The notes beneath the pieces are model-generated. The model was not told the origin of the DNA. It was given only the letters and a program-made list of their open reading frames with translations, and ran no database searches. The position numbers and the translations under genes were made by a program. DNA of 33,084 bases from an uncultured Dechloromonas sp. (lineage in GTDB: Bacteria > Pseudomonadota > Gammaproteobacteria > Burkholderiales > Rhodocyclaceae). The stretch spans positions 1-33,084 of the forward strand of contig CAYRBE010000002.1 of assembly GCA_964422345.1 (NCBI GenBank), written 5' to 3'. The number at the start of each line of letters is the position of its first letter. Within the stretch, counting starts at the first letter, position 1. Shown here one piece after another: positions 27,902-33,084 of this stretch.

Positions 27902-30900
27902 TTACTCGGTCGGCAGATTTTGAATCGCCGTACATACTTCGCCCAGCACCAGCTCAAGCTCAGGAATAGCTGCCTGAATATCTGCCATGGCGCCACGGCT
28001 ACGAATCAGCATATTGAGTTGGGTCGCCAATTGATAGACCCGATTGATGCACAGTGTCCCGGCCACGCCCTTCAGTGAGTGGATGACCTGTTCGGCAACA
28101 ATCATGTCATTTTCATCCAAAGCAATGCGAATTCGCACCAGATCATCACCGTGATTAGCCGCGAATAGCGTTAAAAGTCGGGCAAACCGATCCGGGTTAC
28201 CGCGCATCATCGCCAGCCCAGACTCGGCATCCACGCCCGGTATTTGCCGCAAGGCTGCTGCCAGATCGTGCTCGACAGGTACTGAGATGGTATCGCTGAC
28301 AGTCTCGATAGCTTTCCCTTCGGGCAACCATTTGAGCAGCGTGCCGTAGAGCGCCTCAGGATCCACTGGCTTCGCCACAAAGTCATTCATCCCGGCTTCA
28401 GTACAGGTACGGCGGTCCTCCGCAAAGGCATTGGCAGTCATGGCGACAATCGGCAGATCGCCACCGCCCGGTAGGGCGCGAATCAGGCGAGTTGCCTCAA
28501 GTCCGTCCATCACCGGCATTTGCATGTCCATCAAAACCAGATCAAATGCGCCGGCGGGGACCTTATGCACAGCCTCCAAGCCATTTTCAGCCAGCACCAC
28601 CTGCAGACCAACATCTGTTAACAAAGACTGAGCGACCTCTTGATTGATCGGATTGTCTTCGCAGAGAAGAATCCGACATCCGGCATGGCGCCGACGCAGC
28701 AAGACTTCATCGGACTCGGTTGATTCTGCAGAAATTGCCGTTTCCGACTGGTCCACCGTAGCAGTCCCGAAACAGGCATCAAACCAAAAAGAACTGCCTT
28801 TTCCGGGTTGGCTAACCACACCGGCATCTCCCCCCATCATCAGCGCTAGCCGACGGGTAATCGCCAAGCCCAGGCCGCTACCACCGTAATGCCGAGTGGT
28901 CGAATTATCAGCCTGTTCAAATGCGGTAAAGAGTCGTGACTGGGCCTCTTCATTCAGCCCGATACCCGTATCCTTAACCTCAAAATGCAGTCGCACGCTT
29001 GATTCACTTTGCTCCAGCACTTTACAGACCAACACCACCGAGCCACGAGCGGTAAATTTGACGGCATTACCAAGGTAATTGAGCAAAGCCTGGCTCAGTC
29101 GAGTCGGGTCGCCAATCAGACGATTAACCGACTCCGGTACCGGATCAATCCGCAGCTCCAAGCCCTTGGCATCGGCCCGCTCCTGAACCAGCGTCAACGC
29201 ACGGTCCATTAGTGGCGCGAGATCAAACTCAATATTTTCCAATTCAAGTTTGCCCGCCTCGATTTTTGAAATATCGAGCACATCGTTAATCACCGACAGC
29301 AAATGATCGGCCGACTCACGAATCTTGTGCAGCTTGATGATTTGCTCGGCATCCTCAACCGAGCGCTGAAGCAAATGGGTGAGGCCGATAATGGCATTCA
29401 TCGGGGTGCGGATTTCGTGGCTCATGTTAGCCAGGAAAGCGCTCTTGGCATGATTTGCCACCTCAGCGGATTCCTTGGCCGCTGCCAGTTCAGCCGTCCG
29501 TTGTTCAACCAGCTCCTGAAGGTGATTACGATGCTGATCCAACTCCTCACCAATCCGTTTTTTCTCGGTAATGTCCTGCTTAATTCCAAGGTAATGAGTC
29601 ACCATGCCGTCCGGCTGGCGGATCGGTGAAATCACGACATGTTCGTAATAAATTTCGCCGGTTTTACGCCGGTTTACAAACTGCCCCATCCAGGGCTTTT
29701 CTTCGAGCAATGCTACCCACAATTCACGATAGGTTTCAGGCGCGGTTAACCCGGAATGCAGCATGCGGGGATTTTTACCAATCATTTCCTCAAGGGAATA
29801 GCCGCTGGTTTCAACAAAGGACTGATTCACATATTCAATATTGGCATCGAGATCAGTAATCACTACCGCCACCGGGCTTTGTTCTACCGCTTGAGACAGC
29901 TTGCGCAGAGATGCCTCGGCGGCTTTCTGGTCCTCAAGAATACTCAGCAAGGCCAATCTTGAAGCATCCGCCTGCGCCAATAGACTGGCGCTTTCAGCCT
30001 GCGCCACTTCAAGCGCCTTCTGAGCCGCCAGGCGCTCAGTAATATTGCGTGAAAGCACCATGAAATGCTTTGGTTTGGCATCACCCGACTTTAATGCTGT
30101 CGACAACTCAAACCATTGTTCTCCCCCAGCCAAGGGCAAAGCAATCTGATGTCCTTTGCTGCTGCCATTTCTGGCCGCTTCGGCGACTGCCGCCATCACC
30201 GTACGCGCAGCCTCGGGTGGCATTTTTTCTGAAACCAGATTGCCGATTAAATTTTGTCGTGCGTCAATTAACTCATCTTCACGCGACCCGCTCCAAATAT
30301 TGCAATAACGGCCGGTTTCATCCACCTCGAAAAGCAAATCAGGAATCGCGCTCAAGGTTGCGCTCAATTCATCGCCCAGTTGACGCAGCATTTGCTCCTG
30401 TTGCTGCTGCACGGTGATATCCGCAGAGATCCCCAGCAAACCGGTAATTTTTCCATTTGCATCACGCAGCGGTACTTTTGTCGCCAGATAGCTCCGCGGG
30501 GCTTTACCCTGAAGGCTAACTTGCTGCTCGACATGACGTAGTTCCTCGCCCTGCTCAATCACCCGCCGATCATTCTCACGCAAACGCGCGGCTGCATCTG
30601 CCTGGAAGAATGCTGAATCTTCCTGCCCGATAATGGCATCCTGCGGCCGGTTGAGTAGGTCACACAAAGCGCGGTTGGCAAAGGTGAAACGATAGTTTGC
30701 ATCCTTGATGAAAATATAAGCACCTACGCCATTCACAATGGCTGTCAAACGCTTATGCTCTTCTAGCAGCTCAACGGTCCGGCGCTTAACCTGCTGACGC
30801 AACACAAAATTCCAGACGAGCAAGAGCAAAGCCATGCTGGCAACCAGCAGCAGGCCGATCAGCGTAGCTTTCCCAACCCCAAGCAAAGACCAGCTAGCGC

Positions 30901-31639
30901 CCATCCATTTATCACGCAGCGCGGTAGTTTCACTATTGGAAATTGCCGAAAAACCGCTGTTCACCGTAGCAATCAGGTCTTCACGACCGGGTTTGACTGC
31001 CCGATGAAACTGCCGGCTGAACAAGCTAAAACCTTGATAGAAACTCTGGCTCGCACCCAGCTTTTCAAGCATGTAACGCGTTGGTGCCTCATCCATACAA
31101 AAAACCAGTACATCACCCGCCACCGCGGCCTTGGCCAATGCTTCAAAAGTGGCATAGGTATCGATGCGAATAACGCCGCTATCGGTCAGTCGATCAATGC
31201 AGGCATCGCCCAGTTTGGCCCCGACGGCAAAAGTTTTAAGTGATGCAGCACTGTCGATACCTTGAATGCTGCGATGTACGAATACCGGCACCGCGAGATT
31301 TTCATAGGCGGGGGTAAATAGCATAGCCTTCTGCCGATCCGGCGTATGAAACACCGTATCGAGCACATCCGCTTGGCCCTTATGGAAAGACGCTTCAGCC
31401 TCCGGCCACGGCGCAGCCTTGATCTCAACCTGAATACCGGTCTTTTTCGACCATAAGGCCCAGAGGTCTACCAGATACCCTTTGACCGGACCGTCGCCTT
31501 CCCGGAATGAATAGGGCGGGTAGCGGTCATCCAGCGCTACGGTAATTTTTGACGGCAACGCATCTGCTGCACGGCACAACCCGGCGCCGAACATTAAAAA
31601 AAGCGCCAGCAATAACCAGCCTAATCGCTTACCCGACAT
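27902..31639 (-). CDS. Hybrid histidine kinase (periplasmic solute-binding domain, three PAS, HisKA, HATPase, REC, HPt)
   Basis: Signal/TM segment, YPPYSF SBP family 3 domain, TM, PAS repeats, [36 protein letters not shown]. Confidence 0.94.
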   Translation of the reverse strand: MSGKRLGWLLLALFLMFGAGLCRAADALPSKITVALDDRYPPYSFREGDGPVKGYLVDLWALWSKKTGIQVEIKAAPWPEAEASFHKGQADVLDTVFHTPDRQKAMLFTPAYENLAVPVFVHRSIQGIDSAASLKTFAVGAKLGDACIDRLTDSGVIRIDTYATFEALAKAAVAGDVLVFCMDEAPTRYMLEKLGASQSFYQGFSLFSRQFHRAVKPGREDLIATVNSGFSAISNSETTALRDKWMGASWSLLGVGKATLIGLLLVASMALLLLVWNFVLRQQVKRRTVELLEEHKRLTAIVNGVGAYIFIKDANYRFTFANRALCDLLNRPQDAIIGQEDSAFFQADAAARLRENDRRVIEQGEELRHVEQQVSLQGKAPRSYLATKVPLRDANGKITGLLGISADITVQQQQEQMLRQLGDELSATLSAIPDLLFEVDETGRYCNIWSGSREDELIDARQNLIGNLVSEKMPPEAARTVMAAVAEAARNGSSKGHQIALPLAGGEQWFELSTALKSGDAKPKHFMVLSRNITERLAAQKALEVAQAESASLLAQADASRLALLSILEDQKAAEASLRKLSQAVEQSPVAVVITDLDANIEYVNQSFVETSGYSLEEMIGKNPRMLHSGLTAPETYRELWVALLEEKPWMGQFVNRRKTGEIYYEHVVISPIRQPDGMVTHYLGIKQDITEKKRIGEELDQHRNHLQELVEQRTAELAAAKESAEVANHAKSAFLANMSHEIRTPMNAIIGLTHLLQRSVEDAEQIIKLHKIRESADHLLSVINDVLDISKIEAGKLELENIEFDLAPLMDRALTLVQERADAKGLELRIDPVPESVNRLIGDPTRLSQALLNYLGNAVKFTARGSVVLVCKVLEQSESSVRLHFEVKDTGIGLNEEAQSRLFTAFEQADNSTTRHYGGSGLGLAITRRLALMMGGDAGVVSQPGKGSSFWFDACFGTATVDQSETAISAESTESDEVLLRRRHAGCRILLCEDNPINQEVAQSLLTDVGLQVVLAENGLEAVHKVPAGAFDLVLMDMQMPVMDGLEATRLIRALPGGGDLPIVAMTANAFAEDRRTCTEAGMNDFVAKPVDPEALYGTLLKWLPEGKAIETVSDTISVPVEHDLAAALRQIPGVDAESGLAMMRGNPDRFARLLTLFAANHGDDLVRIRIALDENDMIVAEQVIHSLKGVAGTLCINRVYQLATQLNMLIRSRGAMADIQAAIPELELVLGEVCTAIQNLPTE

Positions 31640-33084
31640 CAGCCCCCCCTCCCGTCGGCGCCCGCCACACTTTGATAACGCGGCACTTCATTCTGCTGCC
31701 GCAGCAAAGAGTTAACCTCACGCTTGAGTTCAAGCACCCGCCCCTCACGGTTCAGCATCACATCCTGCCAGCGCCGCAATTCATCAAGCATGCCACGCAG
31801 CACCGCCTCACGCTGAAACCCTTCAATCGCAATGGCCGCAAGCGAAGTAGCTTGAGTTATATGGCGACGGACCTCCTGTGAAACATCGGTCATGGGGATA
31901 TCCCAATAAATAGCCAAGGTTCCCAGCGTTTTTCCTGAACTCGACTTGATGGGCGATGACCAGCAAGCCGCCAAACCATGCCCCAACGCAAGCGCCTTGA
32001 AATCCGCCCACAATGGGTCGCTGGCAATATCGCCTACGAAGACCTCCGCGCCACGATACGCTGCCGTACCGCAGGAACCCACGGCAGGACCAATCGCCAC
32101 ACCGTCAATCAAATCACAATAAGCCTTGGGTAAATTTGGCGCTGCACCATGACGTAGATGCCTGCCCTCAGCGTCAAGCAAGAGTACAGATCCCCGCGCC
32201 CCCGGTATGAGCGCTTCAATCTGCCGCACAATCGCCGAAAGCACCTCCGCCTGTGATGTCCCAGTCGAAATCAAACGCAGAATCTCGTGCCCAAACAATA
32301 ACGAAGCCTGCTGCTGATAGCGCTCTGTCACATCGACCATGGTGACAAGCAGGGTTTCACCTAAAGTCACCCCGGAAAGTTCGATGATTTTTTCCTGCCC
32401 GTTTTTACAGACCACCCGACGCTCAGGCGGGCGAATGATTTGTTTGGTCCCCGCCACGCGTTCAAGCTCAGCCAGCCATGACTCGATTGCCCATGCCCGA
32501 TATTTTTCATCCGGATAAGCCAGCAGATTCCAGGCATCGGCGGTCGGGACATCCTCATGTGTATAACCAAAGGTTTCAGTAAACTGTTGGTTCACAAACA
32601 GGACACGACGCTCACTATCGATATGAGACACCGGCAGCGGGATTTTTTCGATCAGCCCGCGAAAACGAGCATCGCTTTTTTGTAACGCCAACTCCGAATT
32701 TTTCTGCCGGTCAATATCAATCCCGACACCCGCAGTACGCAGTGGCCGCCCCGCGCCATCGTGGTCAACCACCCGACCACGTATCGTCAACCAACGGGTC
32801 TGACCATCACCACACTGCGCCCGGTAGTCAATTGAGAATTGCTCATCCGAGCCTTGCAGCATGCGCTGAAAGGTTGATTCAACCATTTCACGTTCTTCAG
32901 GATGGACCCGGGAAAGCACATCCTCCAAGCGCTGAAAGGCATCGTCAGGCGAGAAACGCATCAAATTATTCAGCGCCACGCTACGGATTAGCAGAGCACG
33001 TTGATGATCGTACTCCCAAGTACCGACACCAATCGACTCCAAAACCATATCAAGCCGCTCAGCAAGATGACGGCGACTCTGCTC
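31639..33084 (-). CDS. PAS-PAS-GAF sensory protein with C-terminal coiled coil and no C-terminal output domain, 5'-partial
   Basis: The frame stays open to the window edge ([15 protein letters not shown]). PAS_3 (GTWEYD, VHPEE), PAS, GAF ([15 protein letters not shown]). The stop overlaps the next start (TGATG). Confidence 0.88.
   Translation of the reverse strand, partial: EQSRRHLAERLDMVLESIGVGTWEYDHQRALLIRSVALNNLMRFSPDDAFQRLEDVLSRVHPEEREMVESTFQRMLQGSDEQFSIDYRAQCGDGQTRWLTIRGRVVDHDGAGRPLRTAGVGIDIDRQKNSELALQKSDARFRGLIEKIPLPVSHIDSERRVLFVNQQFTETFGYTHEDVPTADAWNLLAYPDEKYRAWAIESWLAELERVAGTKQIIRPPERRVVCKNGQEKIIELSGVTLGETLLVTMVDVTERYQQQASLLFGHEILRLISTGTSQAEVLSAIVRQIEALIPGARGSVLLLDAEGRHLRHGAAPNLPKAYCDLIDGVAIGPAVGSCGTAAYRGAEVFVGDIASDPLWADFKALALGHGLAACWSSPIKSSSGKTLGTLAIYWDIPMTDVSQEVRRHITQATSLAAIAIEGFQREAVLRGMLDELRRWQDVMLNREGRVLELKREVNSLLRQQNEVPRYQSVAGADGRGG

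Noticed and set aside
1-33084. Mobile elements, CRISPR arrays, tRNA/rRNA, defence systems
   Set aside because: No transposase, integrase or cas motifs, no regularly spaced repeats, and no structural RNA signatures were seen in the short intergenic regions.

Overview
Chromosomal window from a moderately GC-rich betaproteobacterium. Gene content and style suggest Rhodocyclales (Dechloromonas/Azonexus-like); this is inference. No mobile element, CRISPR array, rRNA or tRNA was seen. The left third is an iron locus: a partial DUF2325 gene, a stand-alone EAL gene, then a Fur-boxed sigma70 promoter driving hemP (missed by the ORF track)-tonB-exbB-exbD-TonB-dependent receptor with a plug CxxC-periplasmic TlpA-like thioredoxin-feoB-feoA. 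Next come cspA, a glutaredoxin, a PAS kinase with a REC-GGDEF-EAL partner, a complementary pair of bacterioferritin subunits, a hybrid kinase, a secreted CD39/Ppx-like phosphatase with DUF4337, Fur-boxed bfd, cheW with a three-input chemoreceptor, and argC. The right end holds a cNMP-domain/acetate kinase/PduL triple fusion behind a perfect PhaR-like palindrome, and a large hybrid kinase translationally coupled to an output-less PAS/GAF protein. The best candidates for undescribed biology are: (1) the CxxC-receptor/thioredoxin/Feo metal-uptake operon; (2) the Ack-PduL fusion with a systematically remodelled nucleotide site; (3) the apparently split sensor kinase; (4) the secreted CD39-like enzyme.
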